From NCBI RefSeq assembly GCF_964213995.1, contig NC_135808.1, forward strand, positions 51,026,001 through 51,090,000: a DNA stretch of 64,000 bases, in the 5' to 3' direction. Both the position numbers and the translations under genes were made by a program. Source of the stretch: Mustelus asterias. Taxonomy: Eukaryota. The notes below the pieces were generated by a model, which was given only the letters and a program-made list of their open reading frames with translations, searched no databases and was not told where the DNA came from. Below are positions 25,101 to 40,100 of this stretch, piece by piece. How positions within the stretch are numbered: position 1 is the stretch's first letter; every line of letters begins with the position of its first letter.

Positions 25101-28100
25101 ACTGTTTTACTGCACTGTGTCACTCACTACACCTGTCACTAGGAAACGGTCAATACTGTTTTACTGCACTGTGTCTCTCACTACACCTGTCACTAGGAAA
25201 CGGTCAATACTGTTTTACTGCACCGTGTCTCTCACTACTCCTGTCACTAGGAAACGGTCAATACTGTTTTACTGCACTGTGTCACTCACTACACCTGTCA
25301 CTAGGAAACGGTCAATACTGTTTTACTGCACTGTGTCTCTCACTACACCTGTCACTAGGAAACGGTCAATACTGTTTTACTGCACCGTGTCTCTCACTAC
25401 TCCTGTCACTAGGAAACGGTCAATACTGTTTTACTGCACTGTGTCACTCACTACACCTGTCACTAGGAAACGGTCAATACTGTTTTACTGCACTGTGTCT
25501 CTCACTACACCTGTCACTCGGAAACGGTCAATACTGTTTTACTGCACTGTGTCACTCACTACACCTGTCACGGGGAAACGGTCAATACTGTTTTACTGCA
25601 CTGTGTCACTCACTACACCTGTCACTAGGAAACGGTCAATACTGTTTTACTGCACCGTGTCTCTCACTACACCTGTCACTAGGAAACGGTCAATACTGTT
25701 TTACTGCACTGTGTCTCTCACTACACCTGTCACTAGGAAACGGTCAAGACTGTTTTACTGCACTGTGTCTCTCACTACACCTGTCACTAGGAAACGGTCA
25801 ATACTGTTTTACTGCACCGTGTCACTCACTACACCTGTCACTAGGAAACGGTCAATACTGTTTTACTGCACTGTGTCACTCACTACACCTGTCACTAGGA
25901 AACGGTCAATACTGTTTTACTGCACTGTGTCACTCACTACACCTGTCACTAGGAAACGGTCAATACTGTTTTACTGCACTGTGTCACTCACTACACCTGT
26001 CACTAGGAAACGGTCAATACTGTTTTACTGCACTGTGTCTCTCACTACACCTGTCACTCGGAAACGGTCAATACTGTTTTACTGCACTGTGTCACTCACT
26101 ACACCTGTCACGGGGAAACGGTCAATACTGTTTTACTGCACTGTGTCACTCACTACACCTGTCACTAGGAAACGGTCAATACTGTTTTACTGCACCGTGT
26201 CTCTCACTACACCTGTCACTAGGAAACGGTCAATACTGTTTTACTGCACTGTGTCTCTCACTACACCTGTCACTAGGAAACGGTCAAGACTGTTTTACTG
26301 CACTGTGTCTCTCACTACACCTGTCACTAGGAAACGGTCAATACTGTTTTACTGCACTGTGTCTCTCACTACACCTGTCACTAGGAAACGGTCAATACTG
26401 TTTTACTGCACTGTGTCTCTCACTACACCTGTCACTCGGAAACGGACAATACTGTTTTACTGCACTGTGTATCTCACTACACCTGTCACTAGGAAACGGT
26501 CAATACTGTTTTACTGCACTGTGTCACTCACTGCACCTGTCACTCAGAAACGGACAATACTGTTTTACTGCACTGTGAATCTCACTACACCTGTCACTAG
26601 GAAACGGTCAATACTGTTTTACTGCACTGTGTCTCTCACTACACCTGTCACTAGGAAACGGTCAATACTGTTTTACTGCACTGTGTCTCTCACTACACCT
26701 GTCACTCGGAAACGGTCAATACTGTTTTACTGCACTGTGTCTCTCACTACACCAGGCACTAGGAAATGGTCAATACTGTTTTACTGCACTGTGTCTCTCA
26801 CTACACCTGTCACTAGGAAACGGTCAATACTGTTTTACTGCACCGTGTCACTCACTACACCTGTCACTAGGAAACGGTCAATACTGTTTTACTGCACTGT
26901 GTCTCTCACTACACCTGTCACTAGGAAACGGTCAATACTGTTTTACTGCACCGTGTCACTCACTACACCTGTCACTAGGAAACGGTCAATACTGTTTTAC
27001 TGTACTGTGTCTCTCACTACACCTGTCACTAGGAAACGGTCAATACTGTTTTACTGTACTGTGTCTCTCACTACACCTGTCACTAGGAAACGGTCAATAC
27101 TGTTTTACTGCACTGTGTCACTCACTACACCTGTCACGAGGAAACGGTCAATACTGTTTTACTGCACCGTGTCACTCACTACACCTGTCACTAGGAAACG
27201 GACAATACTGTTTTACTGCACTGTGTCTCTCACTACACCTGTCACTAGGAAACGGTCAATACTGTTTTACTGCACCGTGTCACTCACTACACCTGTCACT
27301 AGGAAACGGTCAATACTGTTTTACTGCACTGTGTCACTCACTACACCTGTCACTAGGAAACGGTCAATACTGTTTTACTGCACTGTGTCTCTCACTACAC
27401 CTGTCACTAGGAAACGGTCAATACTGTTTTACTGCACTGTGTCACTCACTACACCTGTCACTAGGAAACGGTCAATACTGTTTTACTGCACCGTGTCACT
27501 CACTACACCTGTCACTAGGAAACGGTCAATACTGTTTTACTGCACCGTGTCACTCACTACACCTGTCACTAGGAAACGGTCAATACTGTTTTACTGTACT
27601 GTGTCTCTCACTACACCTGTCACTAGGAAACGGTCAATACTGTTTTACTGCACTGTGTCACTCACTACACCTGTCACGAGGAAACGGTCAATACTGTTTT
27701 ACTGCACCGTGTCTCTCACTACACCTGTCACTAGGAAACGGTCAATACTGTTTTACTGCACTGTGTCTCTCACTACACCTGTCACTAGGAAACGGTCAAT
27801 ACTGTTTTACTGCACCGTGTCACTCACTACACCTGTCACTAGGAAACGGTCAATACTGTTTTACTGCACAGTGTCTCTCACTACACCTGTCACTAGGAAA
27901 CGGTCAATACTGTTTTACTGCACCGTGTCACTCACTACACCTGTCACTAGGAAACGGTCAATACTGTTTTACTGTACTGTGTCTCTCACTACACCTGTCA
28001 CTAGGAAACGGTCAATACTGTTTTACTGCACTGTGTCACTCACTACACCTGTCACGAGGAAACGGTCAATACTGTTTTACTGCACCGTGTCTCTCACTAC

Positions 28101-31100
28101 ACCTGTCACTAGGAAACGGTCAATACTGTTTTACTGCACTGTGTCACTCACTACACCTGTCACGAGGAAACGGTCAATACTGTTTTACTGCACCATGTCA
28201 CTCACTACACCTGTCACTAGGAAACGGACAATACTGTTTTACTGCACTGTGTCTCTCACTACACCTGTCACGAGGAAACGGTCAATACTGTTTTACTGCA
28301 CCATGTCACTCACTACACCTGTCACTAGGAAACGGACAATACTGTTTTACTGCACTGTGTCTCTCACTACACCTGTCACGAGGAAACGGTCAATACTGTT
28401 TTACTGCACCATGTCACTCACTACACCTGTCACTAGGAAACGGTCAATACTGTTTTACTGCACCGTGTCTCTCACTACACCTGTCACTAGGAAACGGACA
28501 ATACTGTTTTACTGCACAGTGTCTCTCACTACACCTGTCACTAGGAAACGGTCAATACTGTTTTACTGCACTGTGTCTCTCACTACACCTGTCACTAGGA
28601 AACGGTCAATACTGTTTTACTGCACTGTGTCACTCACTACACCTGTCACTAGGAAACGGTCAATACTGTTTTACTGCACTGTGTCTCTCACTACACCTGT
28701 CACTAGGAAACGGTCAATACTGTTTTACTGCACTGTGTCAATCACTACACCTGTCACTAGGAAACGGTCAATACTGTTTTACTGCACTGTGTCTCTCACT
28801 ACACCTGTCACTAGGAAACGGTCAATACTGTTTTACTGCACTGTGTCTCTCACTACACCTGTCACTAGGAAACGGTCAATACTGTTTTACTGCACCGTGT
28901 CTCTCACTACACCTGTCACTAGGAAACGGTCAATACTGTTTTACTGCACTGTGTCTCTCACTACACCTGTCACTAGGAAACGGTCAATACTGTTTTACTG
29001 CACCGTGTCACTCACTACACCTGTCACTAGGAAACGGTCAATACTGTTTTACTGCGCCGTGTCACTCACTACACCTGTCACTAGGAAACGGTCAATACTG
29101 TTTTACTGCACTGTGTCTCTCACTACACCTGTCACTAGGAAACGGTCAATACTGTTTTACTGCACCGTGTCACTCACTACACCTGTCACTAGGAAACGGT
29201 CAATACTGTTTTACTGCACCGTGTCACTCACTACACCTGTCACTAGGAAACGGTCAATACTGTTTTACTGCGCCGTGTCTCTCACTACACCTGTCACTAG
29301 GAAACGGTCAATACTGTTTTACTGCACTGTGTCAATCACTACACCTGTAACTAGGAAACGGTCAATACTGTTTTACTGCACTGTGTCACTCACTACACCT
29401 GTCACTAGGAAACGGTCAATACTGTTTTACTGCACTGTGTCTCTCACTACACCTGTCACTAGGAAACGGTCGATACTGTTTTACTGCACTGTGTCTCTCA
29501 CTACACCTGTCACTAGGAAACGGTCGATACTGTTTTACTGCACTGTGTCACTCACTACACCTGTCACGAGGAAACGGTCAATACTGTTTTACTGCACCAT
29601 GTCACTCACTACACCTGTCACTAGGAAACGGACAATACTGTTTTACTGCACAGTGTCTCTCACTACACCTGTCACTAGGAAACGGTCAATACTGTTTTAC
29701 TGCACTGTGTCTCTCACTACACCTGTCACTAGGAAACGGTCAATACTGTTTTACTGCACTGTGTCACTCACTACACCTGTCACTAGGAAACGGTTAGTAC
29801 TGTTTTACTGCACTGTGTCTCTCACTACACCTGTCACTAGGAAACGGTCAATACTGTTTTACTGCACTGTGTCTCTCACTACACCTGTCACTAGGAAACG
29901 GTCAATACTGTTTTACTGCACTGTGTCACTCACTACACCTGTCACTAGGAAACGGTTAATACTGTTTTACTGCACCGTGTCACTCACTACACCTGTCACT
30001 AGGAAACGGACAATACTGTTTTACTGCACCGTGTCACTCACTACACCTGTCACTAGGAAACGGTCAATACTGTTTTACTGCACAGTGTCTCTCACTACAC
30101 CTGTCACTAGGAAACGGTTAATACTGTTTTACTGCACCGTGTCACTCACTACACCTGTCACTAGGAAACGGACAATACTGTTTTACTGCACCGTGTCACT
30201 CACTACACCTGTCACTAGGAAACGGTCAATACTGTTTTACTGCACAGTGTCTCTCACTACACCTGTCACTAGGAAACGGTCAATACTGTTTTACTGCACT
30301 GTGTCACTCACTACACCTGTCACTAGGAAACGGTTAATACTGTTTTACTGCACCGTGTCACTCACTACACCTGTCACTAGGAAACGGACAATACTGTTTT
30401 ACTGCACCGTGTCACTCACTACACCTGTCACTAGGAAACGGTCAATACTGTTTTACTGCACAGTGTCTCTCACTACACCTGTCACTAGGAAACGGTCAAT
30501 ACTGTTTTACTGCACTGTGTCTCTCACTACACCTGTCACTAGGAAACGGTCAATACTGTTTTACTGCACCGTGTCACTCACTACACCTGTCACTAGGAAA
30601 CGGTCAATACTGTTTTACTGCACCGTGTCACTCACTACACCTGTCACGAGGAAACGGTCAATACTGTTTTACTGCACTGTGTCTCTCACTACACCTGTCA
30701 CTAGGAAACGGTCAATACTGTTTTACTGCACTGTGTCACTCACTACACCTGTCACTAGGAAACGGACAATACTGTTTTACTGCACTGTGTCTCTCACTAC
30801 ACCTGTCACTAGGAAACGGTCAATACTGTTTTACTGCACTGTGTCACTCACTACACCTGTCACTAGGAAACGGTCAATACTGTTTTACTGCACCGTGTCT
30901 CTCACTACACCTGTCACTAGGAAACGGTCAATACTGTTTTACTGCACTGTGTCACTCACTACACCTGTCACTAGGAAACGGTCAATACTGTTTTACTGCA
31001 CCGTGTCACTCACTACACCTGTCACTAGGAAACGGTCAATACTGTTTTACTGCACTGTGTCACTCACTACACCTGTCACTAGGAAACGGTCAATACTGTT

Positions 31101-34100
31101 TTACTGCACTGTGTCTCTCACTACACCTGTCACTAGGAAACGGACAATACTGTTTTACTGCACCGTGTCACTCACTACACCTGTCACTAGGAAACGGTCA
31201 ATACTGTTTTACTGCACTGTGTCACTCACTACACCTGTCACTAGGAAACGGTCAATACTGTTTTACTGCACTGTGTCTCTCACTACACCTGTCACTAGGA
31301 AACGGTCGATACTGTTTTACTGCACCGTGTCACTCACTACACCTGTCACTCGGAAACGGACAATACTGTTTTACTGCACAGTGTCTCTCACTACACCTGT
31401 CACTAGGAAACGGTCAATACTGTTTTACTGCACTGTGTCTCTCACTACACCTGTCACTAGGAAACGGTCAATACTGTTTTACTGCACTGTGTCTCTCACT
31501 ACACCTGTCACTAGGAAACGGACAATACTGTTTTACTGCACAGTGTCTCTCACTACACCTGTCACTAGGAAACGGTCAATACTGTTTTACTGCACTGTGT
31601 CACTCACTACACCTGTCACTAGGAAACGGTCGATACTGTTTTACTGCACTGTGTCACTCACTACACCTGTCACTAGGAAACGGTCAATACTGTTTTACTG
31701 CACCGTGTCTCTCACTACACCTGTCACTGGGAAGTGGTCAATACTGTTTTACTGCACTGTGTCACTCACTACACCTGTCACTAGGAAACGGTTAGTACTG
31801 TTTTACTGCACTGTGTCTCTCACTACACCTGTCACTAGGAAACGGTCACTACTGTTTTACTGCAGTGTCTCTCACTACACCTGTCACTAGGAAACGGTCA
31901 ATACTGTTTTACTGCACCGTGTCTCTCACTACACCTGTCACTAGGAAACGGTCAATACTGTTTTACTGCACTGTGTCACTCACTACACCTGTCACTAGGA
32001 AACGGTCAATACTGTTTTACTGCACTGTGTCACTCACTACACCTGTCACTAGGAAACGGTCAATACTGTTTTACTGCACTGTGTCTCTCACTACACCTGT
32101 CACTAGGAAACGGTCAATACTGTTTTACTGCACCGTGTCTCTCACTACTCCTGTCACTAGGAAACGGTCAATACTGTTTTACTGCACTGTGTCACTCACT
32201 ACACCTGTCACTAGGAAACGGTCAATACTGTTTTACTGCACTGTGTCTCTCACTACACCTGTCACTAGGAAACGGTCAATACTGTTTTACTGCACCGTGT
32301 CTCTCACTACTCCTGTCACTAGGAAACGGTCAATACTGTTTTACTGCACTGTGTCACTCACTACACCTGTCACTAGGAAACGGTCAATACTGTTTTACTG
32401 CACTGTGTCTCTCACTACACCTGTCACTAGGAAACGGACAATACTGTTTTACTGCACCGTGTCACTCACTACACCTGTCACTAGGAAACGGTCAATACTG
32501 TTTTACTGCACTGTGTCACTCACTACACCTGTCACTAGGAAACGGTCAATACTGTTTTACTGCACTGTGTCTCTCACTACACCTGTCACTAGGAAACGGT
32601 CAATACTGTTTTACTGCACAGTGTCTCTCACTACACCTGTCACTAGGAAACGGTCAATACTGTTTTACTGCACTGTGTCTCTCACTACACCTGTCACTAG
32701 GAAACGGTCAATACTGTTTTACTGCACTGTGTCTCTCACTACACCTGTCACTAGGAAACGGTCAATACTGTTTTACTGCACCGTGTCACTCACTACACCT
32801 GTCACTCGGAAACGGACAATACTGTTTTACTGCACAGTGTCTCTCACTACACCTGTCACTAGGAAACGGTCAATACTGTTTTACTGCACTGTGTCTCTCA
32901 CTACACCTGTCACTAGGAAACGGTCAATACTGTTTTACTGCACTGTGTCTCTCACTACACCTGTCACTAGGAAACGGACAATACTGTTTTACTGCACAGT
33001 GTCTCTCACTACACCTGTCACTAGGAAACGGTCAATACTGTTTTACTGCACTGTGTCACTCACTACACCTGTCACTAGGAAACGGTCGATACTGTTTTAC
33101 TGCACTGTGTCACTCACTACACCTGTCACTAGGAAACGGTCAATACTGTTTTACTGCACTGTGTCTCTCACTACACCTGTCACTAGGAAACGGTCAATAC
33201 TGTTTTACTGCACTGTGTCACTCACTACACCTGTCACTAGGAAACGGTCAATACTGTTTTACTGCACCGTGTCTCTCACTACACCTGTCACTGGGAAGTG
33301 GTCAATACTGTTTTACTGCACTGTGTCACTCACTACACCTGTCACTAGGAAACGGTTAGTACTGTTTTACTGCACTGTGTCTCTCACTACACCTGTCACT
33401 AGGAAACGGTCACTACTGTTTTACTGCAGTGTCTCTCACTACACCTGTCACTAGGAAACGGTCAATACTGTTTTACTGCACCGTGTCTCTCACTACACCT
33501 GTCACTAGGAAACGGTCAATACTGTTTTACTGCACTGTGTCACTCACTACACCTGTCACTAGGAAACGGTCAATACTGTTTTACTGCACTGTGTCACTCA
33601 CTACACCTGTCACTAGGAAACGGTCAATACTGTTTTACTGCACTGTGTCTCTCACTACACCTGTCACTAGGAAACGGTCAATACTGTTTTACTGCACCGT
33701 GTCTCTCACTACTCCTGTCACTAGGAAACGGTCAATACTGTTTTACTGCACTGTGTCACTCACTACACCTGTCACTAGGAAACGGTCAATACTGTTTTAC
33801 TGCACTGTGTCTCTCACTACACCTGTCACTAGGAAACGGTCAATACTGTTTTACTGCACCGTGTCTCTCACTACTCCTGTCACTAGGAAACGGTCAATAC
33901 TGTTTTACTGCACTGTGTCACTCACTACACCTGTCACTAGGAAACGGTCAATACTGTTTTACTGCACTGTGTCTCTCACTACACCTGTCACTCGGAAACG
34001 GTCAATACTGTTTTACTGCACTGTGTCACTCACTACACCTGTCACGGGGAAACGGTCAATACTGTTTTACTGCACTGTGTCACTCACTACACCTGTCACT

Positions 34101-37100
34101 AGGAAACGGTCAATACTGTTTTACTGCACCGTGTCTCTCACTACACCTGTCACTAGGAAACGGTCAATACTGTCTTACTGCACTGTGTCTCTCACTACAC
34201 CTGTCACTAGGAAACGGTCAAGACTGTTTTACTGCACTGTGTCTCTCACTACACCTGTCACTAGGAAACGGTCAATACTGTTTTACTGCACCGTGTCACT
34301 CACTACACCTGTCACTAGGAAACGGTCAATACTGTTTTACTGCACTGTGTCACTCACTACACCTGTCACTAGGAAACGGTCAATACTGTTTTACTGCACT
34401 GTGTCACTCACTACACCTGTCACTAGGAAACGGTCAATACTGTTTTACTGCACTGTGTCACTCACTACACCTGTCACTAGGAAACGGTCAATACTGTTTT
34501 ACTGCACTGTGTCTCTCACTACACCTGTCACTCGGAAACGGTCAATACTGTTTTACTGCACTGTGTCACTCACTACACCTGTCACGGGGAAACGGTCAAT
34601 ACTGTTTTACTGCACTGTGTCACTCACTACACCTGTCACTAGGAAACGGTCAATACTGTTTTACTGCACCGTGTCTCTCACTACACCTGTCACTAGGAAA
34701 CGGTCAATACTGTTTTACTGCACTGTGTCTCTCACTACACCTGTCACTAGGAAACGGTCAAGACTGTTTTACTGCACTGTGTCTCTCACTACACCTGTCA
34801 CTAGGAAACGGTCAATACTGTTTTACTGCACTGTGTCTCTCACTACACCTGTCACTAGGAAACGGTCAATACTGTTTTACTGCACTGTGTCTCTCACTAC
34901 ACCTGTCACTCGGAAACGGACAATACTGTTTTACTGCACTGTGTATCTCACTACACCTGTCACTAGGAAACGGTCAATACTGTTTTACTGCACTGTGTCA
35001 CTCACTGCACCTGTCACTCAGAAACGGACAATACTGTTTTACTGCACTGTGAATCTCACTACACCTGTCACTAGGAAACGGTCAATACTGTTTTACTGCA
35101 CTGTGTCTCTCACTACACCTGTCACTAGGAAACGGTCAATACTGTTTTACTGCACTGTGTCTCTCACTACACCTGTCACTCGGAAACGGTCAATACTGTT
35201 TTACTGCACTGTGTCTCTCACTACACCAGGCACTAGGAAATGGTCAATACTGTTTTACTGCACTGTGTCTCTCACTGCACCTGTCACTCGGAAACGGTCA
35301 ATACTGTTTTACTGCACCGTGTCACTCACTACACCTGTCACTAGGAAACGGACAATACTGTTTTACTGCACTGTGTCTCTCACTACACCTGTCACTAGGA
35401 AACGGTCAATACTGTTTTACTGCACCGTGTCACTCACTACACCTGTCACTAGGAAACGGTCAATACTGTTTTACTGCACTGTGTCACTCACTACACCTGT
35501 CACTAGGAAACGGTCAATACTGTTTTACTGCACCGTGTCACTCACTACACCTGTCACTAGGAAACGGTCAATACTGTTTTACTGCACTGTGTCTCTCACT
35601 ACACCTGTCACTAGGAAACGGTTAATACTGTTTTACTGCACTGTGTCTCTCACTGCACCTGTCACTCAGAAACGGACAATACTGTTTTACTGCACTGTGA
35701 ATCTCACTACACCTGTCACTAGGAAACGGTCAATACTGTTTTACTGCACTGTGTCTCTCACTACACCTGTCACTAGGAAACGGTCAATACTGTTTTACTG
35801 CACTGTGTCTCTCACTACACCTGTCACTCGGAAACGGTCAATACTGTTTTACTGCACTGTGTCTCTCACTACACCTGTCACTCGGAAACGGTCAATACTG
35901 TTTTACTGCACTGTGTCTCTCACTACACCAGGCACTAGGAAATGGTCAATACTGTTTTACTGCACTGTGTCTCTCACTGCACCTGTCACTCGGAAACGGT
36001 CAATACTGTTTTACTGCACCGTGTCACTCACTACACCTGTCACTAGGAAACGGACAATACTGTTTTACTGCACTGTGTCTCTCACTACACCTGTCACTAG
36101 GAAACGGTCAATACTGTTTTACTGCACCGTGTCACTCACTACACCTGTCACTAGGAAACGGTCAATACTGTTTTACTGCACTGTGTCACTCACTACACCT
36201 GTCACTAGGAAACGGTCAATACTGTTTTACTGCACCGTGTCACTCACTACACCTGTCACTAGGAAACGGTCAATACTGTTTTACTGCACTGTGTCTCTCA
36301 CTACACCTGTCACTAGGAAACGGTCAATACTGTTTTACTGCACAGTGTCTCTCACTACACCTGTCACTAGGAAACGGTCAATACTGTTTTACTGCACTGT
36401 GTCACTCACTACACCTGTCACTAGGAAACGGTCAATACTGTTTTACTGCACTGTGTCACTCACTACACCTGTCACTAGGAAACGGTCAATACTGTTTTAC
36501 TGCACCGTGTCACTCACTACACCTGTCACTAGGAAACGGTCAATACTGTTTTACTGCACCGTGTCACTCACTACACCTGTCACTAGGAAACGGTCAATAC
36601 TGTTTTACTGCACCGTGTCACTCACTACACCTGTCACTAGGAAACGGTCAATACTGTTTTACTGTACTGTGTCTCTCACTACACCTGTCACTAGGAAACG
36701 GTCAATACTGTTTTACTGCACTGTGTCACTCACTACACCTGTCACGAGGAAACGGTCAATACTGTTTTACTGCACTGTGTCTCTCACTACACCTGTCACT
36801 CGGAAACGGACAATACTGTTTTACTGCACTGTGTATCTCACTACACCTGTCACTAGGAAACGGTCAATACTGTTTTACTGCACTGTGTCACTCACTGCAC
36901 CTGTCACTCAGAAACGGACAATACTGTTTTACTGCACTGTGAATCTCACTACACCTGTCACTAGGAAACGGTCAATACTGTTTTACTGCACTGTGTCTCT
37001 CACTACACCTGTCACTAGGAAACGGTCAATACTGTTTTACTGCACTGTGTCTCTCACTACACCTGTCACGAGGAAACGGTCAATACTGTTTTACTGCACT

Positions 37101-40100
37101 GTGTCACTCACTACACCTGTCACGAGGAAACGGTCAATACTGTTTTACTGCACTGTGTCTCTCACTACACCTGTCACTCGGAAACGGACAATACTGTTTT
37201 ACTGCACTGTGTATCTCACTACACCTGTCACTAGGAAACGGTCAATACTGTTTTACTGCACTGTGTCACTCACTGCACCTGTCACTCAGAAACGGACAAT
37301 ACTGTTTTACTGCACTGTGAATCTCACTACACCTGTCACTAGGAAACGGTCAATACTGTTTTACTGCACTGTGTCTCTCACTACACCTGTCACTAGGAAA
37401 CGGTCAATACTGTTTTACTGCACTGTGTCTCTCACTACACCTGTCACTCGGAAACGGTCAATACTGTTTTACTGCACTGTGTCTCTCACTACACCAGGCA
37501 CTAGGAAATGGTCAATACTGTTTTACTGCACTGTGTCTCTCACTGCACCTGTCACTCGGAAACGGTCAATACTGTTTTACTGCACCGTGTCACTCACTAC
37601 ACCTGTCACTAGGAAACGGTCAATACTGTTTTACTGCACCGTGTCACTCACTACACCTGTCACTAGGAAACGGACAATACTGTTTTACTGCACTGTGTCT
37701 CTCACTACACCTGTCACTAGGAAACGGTCAATACTGTTTTACTGCACTGTGTCACTCACTACACCTGTCACTAGGAAACGGACAATACTGTTTTACTGCA
37801 CTGTGTCTCTCACTACACCTGTCACTAGGAAACGGTCGATACTGTTTTACTGCACCGTGTCACTCACTACACCTGTCACTAGGAAACGGTCGATACTGTT
37901 TTACTGCACTGTGTCACTCACTACACCTGTCACGAGGAAACGGTCAATACTGTTTTACTGCACTGTGTCACTCACTACACCTGTCACGAGGAAACGGTCA
38001 ATACTGTTTTACTGCACCATGTCACTCACTACACCTGTCACTAGGAAACGGACAATACTGTTTTACTGCACAGTGTCTCTCACTACACCTGTCACTAGGA
38101 AACGGTCAATACTGTTTTACTGCACTGTGTCTCTCACTACACCTGTCACTAGGAAACGGTCAATACTGTTTTACTGCACTGTGTCACTCACTACACCTGT
38201 CACTAGGAAACGGTCAATACTGTTTTACTGCACTGTGTCTCTCACTACACCTGTCACTAGGAAACGGTCAATACTGTTTTACTGCACTGTGTCAATCACT
38301 ACACCTGTCACTAGGAAACGGTCAATACTGTTTTACTGCACTGTGTCTCTCACTACACCTGTCACTAGGAAACGGTCAAGACTGTTTTACTGCACTGTGT
38401 CACTCACTACACCTGTCACTAGGAAACGGTCAATACTGTTTTACTGCACTGTGTCTCTCACTACACCTGTCACTAGGAAACGGTCAATACTGTTTTACTG
38501 CACCGTGTCTCTCACTACACCTGTCACTAGGAAACGGTCAATACTGTTTTACTGCACTGTGTCTCTCACTACACCTGTCACTAGGAAACGGTCAAGACTG
38601 TTTTACTGCACTGTGTCACTCACTACACCTGTCACTAGGAAACGGTCAATACTGTTTTACTGCACTGTGTCTCTCACTACACCTGTCACTAGGAAACGGT
38701 CAATACTGTTTTACTGCACCGTGTCTCTCACTACACCTGTCACTAGGAAACGGTCAATACTGTTTTACTGCACTGTGTCTCTCACTACACCTGTCACTAG
38801 GAAACGGTCAATACTGTTTTACTGCACCGTGTCACTCACTACACCTGTCACTAGGAAACGGTCAATACTGTTTTACTGCGCCGTGTCACTCACTACACCT
38901 GTCACTAGGAAACGGTCAATACTGTTTTACTGCGCCGTGTCTCTCACTACACCTGTCACTAGGAAACGGTCAATACTGTTTTACTGCACCGTGTCACTCA
39001 CTACACCTGTCACTAGGAAACGGTCAATACTGTTTTACTGCACTGTGTCACTCACTACACCTGTCACTAGGAAACGGTCAATACTGTTTTACTGCGCCGT
39101 GTCACTCACTACACCTGTCACTAGGAAACGGTCAATACTGTTTTACTGCGCCGTGTCTCTCACTACACCTGTCACTAGGAAACGGTCAATACTGTTTTAC
39201 TGCACTGTGTCAATCACTACACCTGTAACTAGGAAACGGTCAATACTGTTTTACTGCACTGTGTCACTCACTACACCTGTCACTAGGAAACGGTCAATAC
39301 TGTTTTACTGCACTGTGTCTCTCACTACACCTGTCACGAGGAAACGGTCAATACTGTTTTACTGCACCATGTCACTCACTACACCTGTCACTAGGAAACG
39401 GACAATACTGTTTTACTGCACTGTGTCACTCACTACACCTGTCACTAGGAAACGGTCAATACTGTTTTACTGCACTGTGTCTCTCACTACACCTGTCACT
39501 AGGAAACGGTCAATACTGTTTTACTGCACTGTGTCTCTCACTACACCTGTCACTAGGAAACGGTCAATACTGTTTTACTGCACTGTGTCTCTCACTACAC
39601 CTGTCACTAGGAAACGGTCAATACTGTTTTACTGCACAGTGTCTCTCACTACACCTGTCACTAGGAAACGGTCAATACTGTTTTACTGCACTGTGTCTCT
39701 CACTACACCTGTCACTAGGAAACGGTCAATACTGTTTTACTGCACCGTGTCACTCACTACACCTGTCACTAGGAAACGGTCAATACTGTTTTACTGCACC
39801 GTGTCACTCACTACACCTGTCACTAGGAAACGGTCAATACTGTTTTACTGCACTGTGTCTCTCACTACACCTGTCACTAGGAAACGGTCAATACTGTTTT
39901 ACTGCACTGTGTCTCTCACTACACCTGTCACGAGGAAACGGTCAATACTGTTTTACTGCACTGTGTCTCTCACTACACCTGTCACTAGGAAACGGTCAAT
40001 ACTGTTTTACTGCACTGTGTCACTCACTACACCTGTCACTAGGAAACGGTCAATACTGTTTTACTGCACCGTGTCACTCACTACACCTGTCACTAGGAAA